Shown one piece after another: positions 1 through 12,467 of a DNA stretch of 64,000 nt (position 1 is the first letter of the stretch; every line of letters starts with the position of its first letter). The stretch is from assembly GCA_001949185.1 (NCBI GenBank), contig BDGG01000018.1, positions 62,001 through 126,000 on the forward strand. The letters are read 5' to 3'. The position numbers and the translations under genes are program-made. The notes below the pieces were generated by a model. The model searched no databases and was not told where the DNA came from. It saw only the letters and a list, made by a program, of their open reading frames with translations. The stretch comes from Ramazzottius varieornatus. Lineage: Eukaryota > Animalia > Tardigrada.

Positions 1-3000
1 CACGTGTCACACAGCGGGACATGACAGCTTAGCCCAAAGCGGGACGGTATACCTTGGTGAAATGGAACTGTAAAGGGTCATCGGTGGAGAGGGAGACGTT
101 CAGTCCGCGTAGAAAGTAGTCGCGAAGGGGGTTACGGTTGTAGTCCAGGAACAAGGAGTTGTTACTGAGCGGACTCATGGCGATGCCAATTTGTGATAGA
201 TAGTAGAGGTACTGCAGCACCGGCACCTGCAAGGAAAGGAGGCCGTGGCCTCAGCACAAGTCTGATAGACGGCAGGCCGTATATGATACTGTACCTTGCG
301 TAGCATCAGACCGTGGGAGATGCTCTCGCCCAGCATAAAGCCGACAATCATGTGGTTGACCGGACCGGCTTCTCCGCAGTGCGGCCGCAAGACAAAGGTG
401 TTCATACCGCGGGCCTTGCGCAAATTGTTGAGGGCCACCATGTTGCTGTACATGAAGAAGAGGTAGTAGGCGTAGGGCGGGTTCTCCTCCATCGTCCAAC
501 CATGGGGGTATGGCGAATTGGCCGTAAACTGAATATGCTCAATCTTGGACTCGTCATCCACCGAATCGAAGGCCCCCACCTAAAGAGCAACCATCAAACA
601 GTGGCCACCACCAAGCAGAGAAAAGTGGGCAGATGGCTGACGTGTTGCAGAAAGCGATGGAGGTGAGGATGTTTGCCCGGCGTGGTTGTCGCTTCAAACA
701 GGGGCTGGAAGATGTTGCGGATGACATCCTCGAAGGACGTCACCAGCTTGTTTTCCTTGTAAACATCACTGCCAACAGATCAAGACAGTTGCATGACGTG
801 CCCACCAGAGGCGCTGTACATACACTAACTTAAGCAATGATAAGAGTGCTGTACTTACTACAAGCGGGGAATTTGGATCATCCAGACATTGTTGGGCGAC
901 CAGACTTCGTGGTCGATGGCCCACTTGGCTAATCGATCCCACTCATGAATGGATCGACCGTAGATGGACAAGCGTAGTTCGGCGTTCTGGTACTTGCTCT
1001 CCTCCAAGTCCTGCATGACTTCCTACCCGCGCCCCCCAACAACATGTTGACATGTATGCTCAAGGCCCAATATAATTATATGGCCGCGTTGCAGCAGTCT
1101 GCATACAACCGACCCCTTGCCGGTCGGCAGGCAGGCAAGATAGTTATACAGGTGGGTGACCAGCAAGCAGCCGCATCGACACCCTGCAATCTGCGCCCTG
1201 TGCAGTTGGACAGTATGTTCGACGACGGACACACTGTACGACCGATGGTGGAGGACGTTGCATGCAGGTGGCGAACAGAGGGGACATAACTATGAACACT
1301 TGTGCTTACTTTGAGAATGTCGGCAAAGTATCGGCCATTGACGTAGTTGTCCGTCTTAATGAAGATCTCCCGCAGGAGACTCTGGCCGATGGGGTTGTAC
1401 TTGGCGTTGAACTTGTCAAAGCGGTGGAAGGTGTTGCGGTCGGCGTGGACGTCCAGCCGGTCGACGTTGAGATCGTAGGTTGACAAGTTCATGCTCTGAA
1501 AGACCTCCGACAGGGTCATGGGCTGCCCCGACGCCTTATCGATCACCACCTTCTCGTCGGCGTTCAGCCGCATCTGCCGCTTGATGAAACGCAACAGATG
1601 CTTCTGATTCATGCAGGACGATGCGTGAATGTGAGTATCGACCTGTCAATAAAGAGGCCCCCCTTACATACCAATCCATACCCCAACTTCCTGCTCGTAA
1701 TTATCGTATTACAGCGACCCAAGTTAGTATAGGGTAGACCAGTGTGGGGCTCGCTGCAACGTTGACATACATTATCCTCTTCTCGGCTGCTCAATCGGCA
1801 CATGCCTTCTTGTAGAGAGTTGGCCTACCTTGCGAATATTGTAAAAGTCACGATGTGGCACCATCTTTTGCGCTGCAGTTTCTCGATTCTCGTTGAGGTT
1901 AACGTGGAGGAGGAACTTTGACTCTAGGAAGCTCAACTTGCGAAAGCAGAAGGACTTGCTGAAAGGAAAGACCGTGTCAGTCTTGGAGCACGTCTCCAGT
2001 CGACGACGACAGTTTTGTGGGTTTAAGGAAGAATGATCAAGAATATGGGGGGCAGGAGAGAGAGTACAGTACGTACAGTGGGCCGTCCAGCATCATCAGC
2101 CACATGGTGTGGTAGTCGGCCCACCACTCGTCGCGGCTAATGCCCTGGAAGAGCGGCGCATCTCCCCGTTGCATGGCCTCTTCCGTACCAAAGACTTCAT
2201 AAGCCCCCTTCTTCATGCGAAAGACATGGCCCGAGTCAGCCGCTATCTCTATGTCGTACGGTCGCGAAGTCCGCACCGGCGGGTGAATGGGATGATCTAG
2301 GAAAAGAGGACCCATCGGTAAATCTGCCACATTATCTCTCACTACTGTAAAACACACACCGCACGGGAAACATTAAATTGGACACTGCTTCAGGACCCAT
2401 CTATTCAAGGGATTTCTCACAGGGCAGAAACCAACGGAACAGATGGTTGGAATGCGGAAAGGAAGGAAGGAAAGAAAGAAAGAAGAAAAGGTGTGGGGGA
2501 AGCACAGCAATCAAGACAAGACTGCGCCACTGCAGATGTCCACAGCACCCACTTGTTCTAACCTTGAATGCTGACGCGTCGCAGCATCGATAAGAAATGC
2601 TCTGAGAAAATAATTGGCAAGAATTAACACCTCCTCAACATGGCTGAACACCAATGGTGTGGAGGACAGGTCAAGAAAGTGAGCAAACGAGCAAAGCAAA
2701 GGCAAAGCTGCAACATAAACTTCTTTGACAACGAAGATAACTACTGGAATACGTACCCTGACATTGAGTAAAGGACAAACCACAATCTGTGTATCGTCAT
2801 CAGGACTTTCTGCTGTGATTTCCTTGGAAGTTGGGCTTTTGAGTCTACGTACCTTGTATGGTCATTCTGCCGACGGTGGCTTTCTCCAGCGGTTTGGGTG
2901 CCTTCTCTCTCTTGCGGTAGGACTCGATGAACCTATCAACAACCGAAGGGAACTGTTGGTCAGCCAAGCGCATATACTTCTGGCGGATGGCCAGCGCGTC

Positions 3001-4423
3001 GGCCACCTCCCGTGCACAGCGAACCAAGTCATCGCAAGCCGCCAACTAAAAATAACTGGCCGTAAATAAACCACCATCTGCCAACTAGGCACAAACCCCG
3101 CGCTGCAACAAATAAATAAACAAACCTCCTTGGCAATGTGTAAATCATCGTAGCCGGATATATTCAGCCGCTGAAAGTCGGGAGCGTTGGGATCAAAGTT
3201 GCGCGAGTACGAAGCCCCCGGACCGCCATCTTTCTCGTCCAGAAGCTCACTCGATGCTCGCCGACTTAACTTTCCCTCCTTCAAATTCAGGTATCTGCAA
3301 CCACATACAGACAAGTATCATCACCATCGAACCAGCTCGCAACCTAAAACTGAAAGAGTCAACGGAAAAGGCAAACAGTCCGTCAAAACGGACACGACAG
3401 AGTTCGCCACAGCGGAAATAAAACAAATATCAGACTACACACAGACAAAATCCCATTGAAGCGGGCTATATTCTCATGTGTGAACATAATGCCCAGTACC
3501 GTGCAGGCAAACCATAAACGAGGATGCAGTAATTGAGAAAGGAAGAAATGGAAGAGCGGCAGAAGAGACGGATGACACCACCAGCCAATACAGTAAAGTG
3601 GGTAGAGCAGCGCGTTAGTTAGAAGGATAACCATGACGTCATGACTCACTTGCCAGTTAACACCGAGCTGTCAGTTTTACAGCTGCAGGAATGAAAGAAA
3701 CAAGAGCCATTATTCCAAAACATTTAACCGGCCAGCACCACTCCCAGGGAAGGAAGACAGAGAAGATTCCAAGAGCGGGGGGTTAGTGAGGTTGAAGAGG
3801 GAGGATAAACAAGGCTTACGCTTGGCTAATCTGCGATTGCAAAAAGCGCTTCTCCTGATCGTGCTCGATGGGAGCGACGGGCTGCTCATAGGGCGCGGCG
3901 ATGGAGGTGTCGTGGGTCGAGGATGGTGGCTCACTACCACTTTCCGATAAACTCAGTTCCGTGGCGGAAAGCTGCCGTCGTGGAGCCAGCGTATGGCCAT
4001 TGTGGAGCAGGCTGCGTTCCTGTGCAGGAGTCGAGATGGCCGAGCTGGAAAAAACACATACCATTTACCAGCTGGATTGTATTGGCCCATCATGCACCGC
4101 GCTGCTATCAGTGCGCATAGCAACTCCGCCCTAACCAGCCCCACGCACAAAAGTGTACAGCCAAATCAAAATGTGCAGGCGCACCAGCAACACCAGCATA
4201 GCGCACGAGCGGTGCAGAGCGGAGCTCCGCCTTAATTACCTACACCGATGCGCTTAGTTACGTTGTCGTACCTTTCTTTGTGATCACGTATCACAGCGGA
4301 TGCATCGTCAGCTTCAGAAACGGCAATCCATATCCCATTAGAATGGTCGCTGATGGTAAGTTTAGCTGCCTGTTCCATCTGGGCTTCATCAATACGGGCG
4401 GTGTGTCCATTGCTAGCAGCCAT
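1..4423 (-). CDS. AMPD: AMP deaminase, multi-exon, 3' end beyond the left edge of the window
   Basis: GT-AG exons at 53-226, 295-579, 642-768, 859-1022, 1310-1642, 1829-1958, 2077-2344, 2853-3045, 3126-3294, ~3820-4019 and ~4244-4423 (the two 5'-most are tentative). They encode the diagnostic motifs [56 protein letters not shown] and [11 protein letters not shown]. Confidence 0.95.
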
Positions 4424-5425
4424 GGCTAAAGCGATAGAAAACGCATAAAGTGGATAAAAACCAAACCTGGACCAACAAAGGGGATATTGATCGAGTCTTT
4501 CCAGCCGAGGAACTTGCGCGAGCACTTACCTGGCTGGGGCTTCCTTCGCAATCAGGCACGTTTCCCGTAATAAGCGTTATTCAGTTGTCAAACTTATCAG
4601 GCCAGGCATGGATAATCCATAACAGATAAAAGGAGGGATGGCTTTCGACTGAAAAGTTGAACTGCAAACTTGCGTGAAGGAAACTCACAATCAGCTGTAG
4701 CACAGACGCAACCTGCAAGCTGCGTCAGACGGCCCTCCTCGAATTGAAATGGTGCGTCGCGACCGGTCAGTTAACCTGGAGCGCGGGCTTGCTTTCTGTT
4801 CAGATGGTTAACCGCCAGACCCGGGCACATGGCGCATCCTTCTCACCATGCCACGAGAGGCCGTGTCCAGTTCGCCGACGAGGGAGAAATGACAGTTCTT
4901 TTGTTCTCGTTTACCGACCCTTGTGGTAGTCTTTTGTCGGCATGAAATTCTTATTCACTTTCATCAATGCTTAAGGAGCACCGGAAGCTCATACAGAAAC
5001 GAGATACCAATAAGAAAGCATATTCGCCCAACGCGAATGATGGAGCTTCTGGGAAGAGGCTGAAGGCTGCAGGAATGTCTGAAATATCGTGAACCTTTAG
5101 TTGAGAGAAAGCGGACAAAAGCTGTGCGCTGAACTCTAGTATTCGGCCACGAAACTTCACGCAAGCAGTAAAAAAAATTAGCGTGTCACAGATCTTGGAG
5201 GCAAAAAGGCAGGCATGATCATGCTAATGTCACGAGGGCAAATTAACAAGTGTGAAACTTTCAGATAAAGCATAGTTTTATGACTGCGAAAAGTGCAGCT
5301 TTGGGAGGCAAGTCGATAAGAACTATCTCAGCTTAAGCCAAAAGAAAATACTGAAAGATAAAAAGAAGCAAAAGGTGCGAACATGTCCGATCCCAGACAT
5401 GCAAAACGCTCGCCGACCTTCATGG

Positions 5426-8400
5426 TCATACCGCCCATATCGTCAGACTATCTTCCTCCTCTTCCATCCTCTCCGCTTTTATCTCCGGCTTGTCTAAACT
5501 TGGTATCCTGCAAGAGCAACAATTGGACACCAAAACATACCATAGCAAATTCTCTCCCGTATCTCTTTAGAAAACAATCACACCAAACAATGAATTCAGT
5601 ATACACTCACCCGTATTTCTTGAAGAAATTCTTAATCAGTTCTTGTAAAGGCGCATCCCATTCCTGATAGACGTCTTCTTCCACCCAACCAGTCCGCACC
5701 TTCCTGGAGGTTTTCCTAAACGAAACCCACAGAAGACTAGATTCATCACAAAACAGCACGAAGTATATGGGATCGGGGCAAATGATTTCACCCAAATCAC
5801 GGTTTCAAGTGACGCGCGCTTCCACCGTTTCCGGCTAGAACAGTACAGGAGGAGTAAGCATNNNNNNNNNNNNNNNNNNNNNNNNNNNNNNNNNNNNNNN
5901 NNNNNNNNNNNNNNNNNNNNNNNNNNNNNNNNNNNNNNNNNNNNNNNNNNNNNNNNNNTTTCCTCACTGGGTCACACATGCTTACTCCTCCTGTACGGCA
6001 CTTAATATAGTGACCTTGTGCCGTTCTTTTGGCGCACGTTCCCATTGTTATTGGCTGCAAGCGTGCGCCGCTTGGGACGACGAATTCGGGTGGAACCATT
6101 TGTCGATCTTTCACACTGTGGGGGAAAATACAGGAAAAGGAGATATTCTTACTCGATCCATTTGATTCTGATGCGGAAGACGTCATTTTCCAAGGACGCT
6201 CCGATGACTTGGCTGATCTCATCAGGCAAAGACGGCAGGTCTTCTTTCGGTTCTTTCGACTGCAGAACGCGTCCACCAGTCAGCAAAGCACGGAGCCTCA
6301 TGGCTTGAGCCTGTTCGGGTCTAGTCTTGAGTGGACTAGGCACTGGGACAGGCGAAAGCGGTGTGGGAGTTGAAGCTTCCTTTCTGTGAGGCGAGAGGTA
6401 TCTCTCCAGTCTGGCCTGGATCGAACTACCGCCCGGAATCCCGTTGGTCCGCACTTCGGACCTGCGCTTCATCGGCGAGACAGTGTTCGACATGGCTCCT
6501 GCAAAGCTCAGATCTTCGTCGCTCAGAATGGCCGTCTCCAGTCGATCAACACTAATCGCATCTGCAAAACAAGACAGAAATAATTGGGGGTAGGGGGGCG
6601 GGTGGAGAGATTAACTGAACCAGATCGTCATTTCAAGTGCCCCACGCCTTCATTATTATTGGTAAAACGTTTGCGCCACTTGAGAAAACTATTTGGTGAA
6701 AAGTTCAGAACTCCGCGAAAAAACTTTCCATCATTCGAGAACCACTGACAAGTGACAACTACTCTTCGCTGTTAGAATATTATTGGTTTCCTTATGCGAT
6801 TTCGGTTTCTTCGGAAAAATATTCGTAAAATTGCGATTTTTCTCCATCTTTCTTTCTGGCTTTAATTCATGATGCACAGGAGCTCAACTATACCTTCATG
6901 GTCGAGCTCAGACATGAAGGCTTCGGAAGAGTCCTCGTCTTGATGACTTGGACGAGGCGAAGTCTTTATGTCCATCCGACTTTCCACTTTGATTTCTGTA
7001 TCTTCGGGCTCACCAAACAGCTCCGCATCTTCGCTTATCGGAGAACCCAGCCCGTAGATCACATCTAGCTCGTTCTTTGTTTCTCGCTCTACCGCAGTCT
7101 CGTTTACTCTTTCTGCATACGATCCTTCACCATCATCAAACATGGCGTCTGAAGACTCCCTTTCATGAAGTTTCGATTCTGTGTGCTTCTTCTCTTTCCT
7201 GTGTGCTACCTTCTCCTCGGGCTTTTCGTCGTCATCTATAGAAGGAATCGGGCATCCGCCTTTCCCGAAATAGAGGGACGGGTCGGGAGCACTTTCTGGA
7301 AACACTTGTGCCTGTTCCTCCAAGTCGGGACCTGGGAATGAGACGGAGATGGAGGGCGTCGAAGGTGCCGGACTGAATCCAGACGACTTGGACATCGTCA
7401 CAGAAGCCCGCTTTGGAGGTGGAAGAATCTCGGGCGAACTTTCTTTCACTGCAACACAAGAACTAATCCCGGGTGTGAAAAAAAGCTGGTCAACAGAGAG
7501 TCGAACCCCCTTCCTTCAGTTCAACAGGCCGCAGCTCATCGCACGAACCACAAGAATATTGCCAACTCATATCCGGTACGGTTTCCTGCGCAGCTTAGGG
7601 CCCACCAGAAACTTCAAGCCACTGCACGGCTTACCATGAAAGACCGCCGTACACGGCGCATGACTTCAGTGTCCGGCGGTCGACACGTCCGAGGGTTTCG
7701 CATTATTACCATGACGTACTGTGCTACTTGGACCGGGTGACCGCATTACCAACTTTGTCCGGCCTTACCTCCTGCCTTTCTTTTGGTGGACGAACTCGTC
7801 GACGATGAACCACGATCAGCGGGGCCGTGTGTTGGAGCCTCCAAAGTGCCAGCTGGTAATGGAACGACGATGCCTTTGCTCTTGATGCGAGCTTTAACGT
7901 TGTCGACCAGCTCCCAAGTGTTGCCCGTCTCCGGTATATTCTTCCATTTGATGAGGTACTGGCTGACGGTGCGCACTTCCAGAATCGACTCGATCAGCTT
8001 CTGCGGTCTGACTGGCACTTGGTTTGAAGAGAGAAGGGCCGTCGGAAGTGGAGTAGACATAGGGGAATCTCGATCCGCTCCAGCTTTCGATTCGTTTTCT
8101 TTTTGCTTGATGCGCGTGCTGCTCCGATGCGAAGCTATCGCCGTGACCGATTTCCTGCTAGCACGGAAAGTTTAATACAACTCCTCGCATGTCCAATGTA
8201 CATGTAGCACCTAATGTCGAAATGACTAACTGAGGTGAGTCCCCATCCATTTGCAGGCGACCGTTCCGATAATCGTAAATTTTGCAATTTGCACACTGAA
8301 GTATCGTTGTTCACCAACTTCACTCCAGACTTTGTCCTTCCTTGACAGCGGGTCAGTTTTTCTTCCACTACTGTACAGCCTTTACGCCATCAAGCATCCC
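5426..8400 (-). pseudogene. Decayed multi-exon gene with a chromodomain, flanking PHD-like Cys/His remnants, an acidic disordered region and a second chromo-like segment
   Basis: ORF 7746-8060 contains IESILEVR..QYLIKWKNIPETGNTWE (chromodomain pattern). Frameshifted Cys/His remnants lie at ~8180-8300 (LQCANC..WTC..SC) and ~7530-7670 (FHGKPC..WQYSCGSC). Acidic ORF at 6862-7449. Spliced 3' exons at ~5611-6117 and 5426-5507. Stops, frameshifts and a TE insertion are present. Confidence 0.55.
5846..5993. mobile_element. Tc1/mariner-type TIR element spanning the assembly gap (N run 5862-5958)
   Basis: TA|CAGGAGGAGTAAGCAT on the left of the gap and ATGCTTACTCCTCCTG|TA on the right, i.e. inverted termini with a TA duplication. 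Removing the element restores the frame HYIKCRTVLAGNGG. Confidence 0.7.
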
Positions 8401-8528
8401 TCTGTAAGAAAAAACCAACACGCATCATGCCACCATGGATTCATGGAAAAGCAGCCATTTGTCTACTCGGAGCCAACCCTGTGACTCAAAGTGAAAACTC
8501 CTCGTTTCAGAATTCAGAAACCCCCGAA

Positions 8529-8701
8529 CAGTGATGTTCCGATAAGACTTTTTCAATTTCAATTGCAATTACGATTAATCGAAATTGTTCGCGCAGCAGC
8601 AATTTGAATTGCGGCTACCTCATCCTGGCTGGATTATCAATTACGATTAATTCAAATATGACTTTCAACCACAATTGAAATTATTTGAATTATTGCGATA
8701 G
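8529..8701. mobile_element. hAT element terminus (same family as 57531-59981), interrupted by the Harbinger composite and resuming at ~20170
   Basis: CAGTGATGTTCCGATAAGACTTTT..CAATTACGATTAATCGAAAT aligns with the reverse complement of ~59800-59981. The alignment continues in TGTTTTGTAATTTCA after position 20169. Confidence 0.65.
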
Positions 8702-9321
8702 TAGACTGCGTGCGCAAAATCAATCAACCGCTCATATTTTCCCTCTCACCTTACGACTCTCACATTCAGTCCGGACCGACTCTACCCCGACTTCGGTATT
8801 GGGCGAAGGCCAAATTTGAACCGTCAGTCGTCAGGTGAGCAGCTGATGGCTCACAAACTCGGCGACGGAAATGGATATCTCCATGCGAGAATGCGTCCAA
8901 AGTATTTTGGCTGGGAATCGATCTTTTATAACATGAAGTTGTTCGAAATATCGAACTGTATCAAAGGTTCAATTTGGTGCACTTTGGTGTGGTAATGAAC
9001 ACAACGGGTGGCTGAAAATTCACGCTGAAATTCACCCCAAAAGGAAGGGCGTATGCACTGTTTTTTGCCCGTGGGAAGCCGATGCCGCTTCCACATGAAA
9101 TTTAGTGCAAAATTGGATGCGAAGCATGGCACTAAATTCGGTAGGGAACTGCTGCGCATAACTCGCGGTAGCATTGTTCTTGAATTCAACGAAGATAAAA
9201 CGTAAGGAGGTGAATGGAAATATTTAAGGTGGCAGGTTATTCGGCGAGGCTGGAAGATTCTATTGGGGATAAACGCGCGAGATTCTATGGAAGAATGAAA
9301 CTTATGTTAAACTACCCATTT

Positions 9322-11712
9322 TTAAGTAGAAATGCGGTGCAGTGAAACGACGTAATTGCAAGAAGTAACTGAAGCGGGAGAATGCAGAAAGATCGGAGTC
9401 CTTCGCTTTGGAACAGCAACTGCAGGTGGCGCAGGGGCGTTTGTGGTAATAAACTTCTTCCAGTCGTCTTGTTTGTTGTAAGTGACATGTTCCAGTACCT
9501 GTTTCAGCAGTTCTTTGGCTCTAGTTGCGGAGAACCCACCGGTCTCAAGAACTTTGACGAGAGGTTGTCGTACCAGTTTGCGGGTCCGCACGATGGACGT
9601 CTTGTTCTTTGCCGCCTCCATCAGCACTTCGGTTGTTGGTCCTCCTTCCTTGGCACAGTGTCGAAGAATGACACCGCGCTCCTCGTCACGATGAAGCTTG
9701 AAGTGGTACGAGCCGTTAATGCCAGGAACGGACTCATACTGATCCTCGGCGAAGGTCTTTATGTCTTTCCAAATCCATTCTGGCTCGTCGTCCTTGTCAA
9801 AGGTGTGGGAAGAAGCTACCTTAGTGGCAATCTCCGTTTTGGCAATCCTCGGCGAAGGTCGATGGAGAAACGGCGGAAGATACGTTTCAGTAGGCCAAAA
9901 AACGCGTCCGGTGAGAATTTCGTGTGTCCGGGAGGAAGAAAATGGATCTCCATGGTATCGTAGCGGCCTGTCTTGATCGAGTGGGCAAGGTAGCCCATCG
10001 TAAACCGATTCTTGTTTTGGCCGGTACAGTTGTCTGCATAGATGCAGAGATTGCGCTCACCGTTGTCGGACTGTTTGAGGAAAAAATCCACGGAGTTTGG
10101 GCCAAGTGAGTCCTTGCCGTCTAGGCCGATGCAGTTTGACTCATTCATGAAAAAGTAATACACCCGGGAGTTTGACTCGTCGACAAGGCCAAAAATGTGG
10201 ACACCCAGTGGCGACTGTAATAATTGATAAGAATTGAGGTTCTACGTGATTAATTGTGTGAACGGATATGCTTACAAACGTGGTGGTGGTCTGCAGAAAA
10301 GGAACTCACCTTGAAGTATATGGCGCCTGCCTGGTCGGTGTGGTGAGGGAGACCCACGCTTTGGGTAAAGTCGAAAGAAACGACACAGACTGCAGTACCT
10401 ATAACCATAGATCAATTATGTAGATACGGGTACAGTTGCTGTTTTCGAGCTTCTGTATTTCCGTTTGTTACTTACGGCCGTCAATTGTTGAAAACTTCTT
10501 CGTTTCAGGATCCAGGTTTTTATACTGCAGTTCACTCATTAGCACTTTCTCCCTGTACTGGGCTCTCTGCTGAGCTGCGTGCTCGAGATGAGCTTCCCAC
10601 TGGGCCTTTGCGGTCTGCTTCCCTGTGTCATCTCGAGGTCCGTAATAAATTCTGCTGATCAACTTATCGCAAACGTTGCACATGTCCGTGTGAGCCCTGC
10701 GGATCTTTATGTGACGCGCATACTTGTCCCAAATATTATAAAAACTCTGCTGCTTCACGGCTTGCCCGGGACCGACCATTCTTTCCTGAAACGAAGACAG
10801 TTAAACATGTCGAAGAGCAGGCCCATCAGCTCTTCAATAAAAAGCATTTTGACACGAGACGTCAATGTAGTAGGGATGGATTGCCGCAGTGACGTCGCTG
10901 GGGCTATCGACGCATCACGCGTACACAGGGCAGTGCGGACCAACTGATTAGCCGACAGAGCTTAATGTTCACAGTAAGGACCGATGATATTTAGTGACGT
11001 CACTGCGGCAGCTTCTTGTATTACTGCCCGACTTTAGTCAGTGAACAATTGGCCAAACTCTTCTTCATTTTTGTCATGCATTTATCTTCGGCTATACCAC
11101 ATTACGGTTGAAGATCGTAATCTGCAATGAGCCTGCGTTCGACATGGTATAACTAACCTCGGATTCTTCCTATAATTCCACCTTCGTGAGCTTGGTGGGA
11201 AGGTAAACATTTGGAAGACCGGTACTTGTTCCTTGAACGGTAGGCACAAGCAGTCCATGAAGTGAACCGTATTCCACCAAGAACCTCAGTACTCTTTCGA
11301 TCTGAGGTTTCTTTAACGCGGAAGTTCCCTTGGCTCCTACTAGACCATGCTGAAGATTTCCGAAGGACCCGTTGCTCACAAGTTTCCGAGGTCTGTAAAG
11401 ACGAGATTTCGGCATCGTCGCCTATCCCGCTTTCGTCGTCGGAAGAATCGTCTCCGTCTCGATCCCCTTCAACCTGCGCAACAAGCTGTGGTAATGTAGT
11501 TGTAGTGTCTGGATGGCCTGCCGCGGTCTTTGCCTCATTACTGACTGCGGGGTATTGTTTAACAAATGGTCCACCAGACGGTCTTCTTTGGCCGATTTGG
11601 ACAGTTTCCCACAAAACCTGCACTTCACTTCTTCGTTCCCCCTCGAAACATTTAACGATTCAAAATAGTTCCATGCTGGTCCTTTGACATTGGCTATTAT
11701 TGCGCGGAACAA
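9322..11712 (-). pseudogene. Sola-like DDD transposase, decayed, preceded by a BED-type zinc finger
   Basis: Motifs TDMCNVCD..HLEHA, SFDFTQSVGLP..AGAIYFK, YADNCTGQNKN and FLPPGHTKFSPDAFFGLLK. N-terminal AWNYF..CRFCGK..RLVDHL. Broken by frameshifts and introns; no TIR pair found. Confidence 0.7.
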
Positions 11713-12467
11713 AGGTTACAGTTTATGGTTCGCACCAAGCGCTATCAAGACAAATCGAAATCTGAAATCGATTCGCTTTATTGGAATGTTTAAGTCTTCG
11801 GAAAGCTGGACCCTGTCCGCGAATTCTTATCATAAATTCCTCTGCTACACAAACATTGACAACCTGCCTATAAAACAATAGTGCTTACGACCATCACTAC
11901 AGCTGTATTTGTCCCCAGGACTGTTAATGCAGCGCTAGCCGACACTCCGGTGAGGCCTAGATAAATCATGATCAGCATCATCACGAAACATTCTTTGATA
12001 CACATGTCCACTGGAAGACAATAGAGACCTTGCAAAATTCACGAGACGGGTCAAACAAACGAAGCTTCAAACGAAACGATTGCTATTAAAAATGTTTAAA
12101 CATTTTGAATTTGTAATTCATGTCGCTATTCACGAAACGAATGGGGGTTTCGTTCGTGAATCACGAAGGAAATTCTCCGTCGATTTGTAATGAGCACTAA
12201 TACCCGTGAATAATTGCTTTTGCTGGCAGCAGCCGTAGACAACCGTGAATTGTGCCCGGTTAGCGTCGGACCGTCAGAACGATCAAGCAAGCAATCAAAA
12301 GTGCTTGCTTGCCTACACTTTTTTAACTTGGTGGCCTTATTACTGCCTGCAAACTCTTTGCCAGTACCACTATTTTTTATGCTCAATTTCATTTCAGTCT
12401 TTTCTGAAGATAACTGGTTTTGAATCTTGTTGTTCCGTGTCTTCTCACTCACACATCTAGGTGGAGC

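Noticed and set aside
6029-6373. Plus-strand ORF with a superficial Ulp1-protease look (IFLLDPF)
   Set aside because: No catalytic His/Cys motifs, and the splice signals point to the minus strand as coding.
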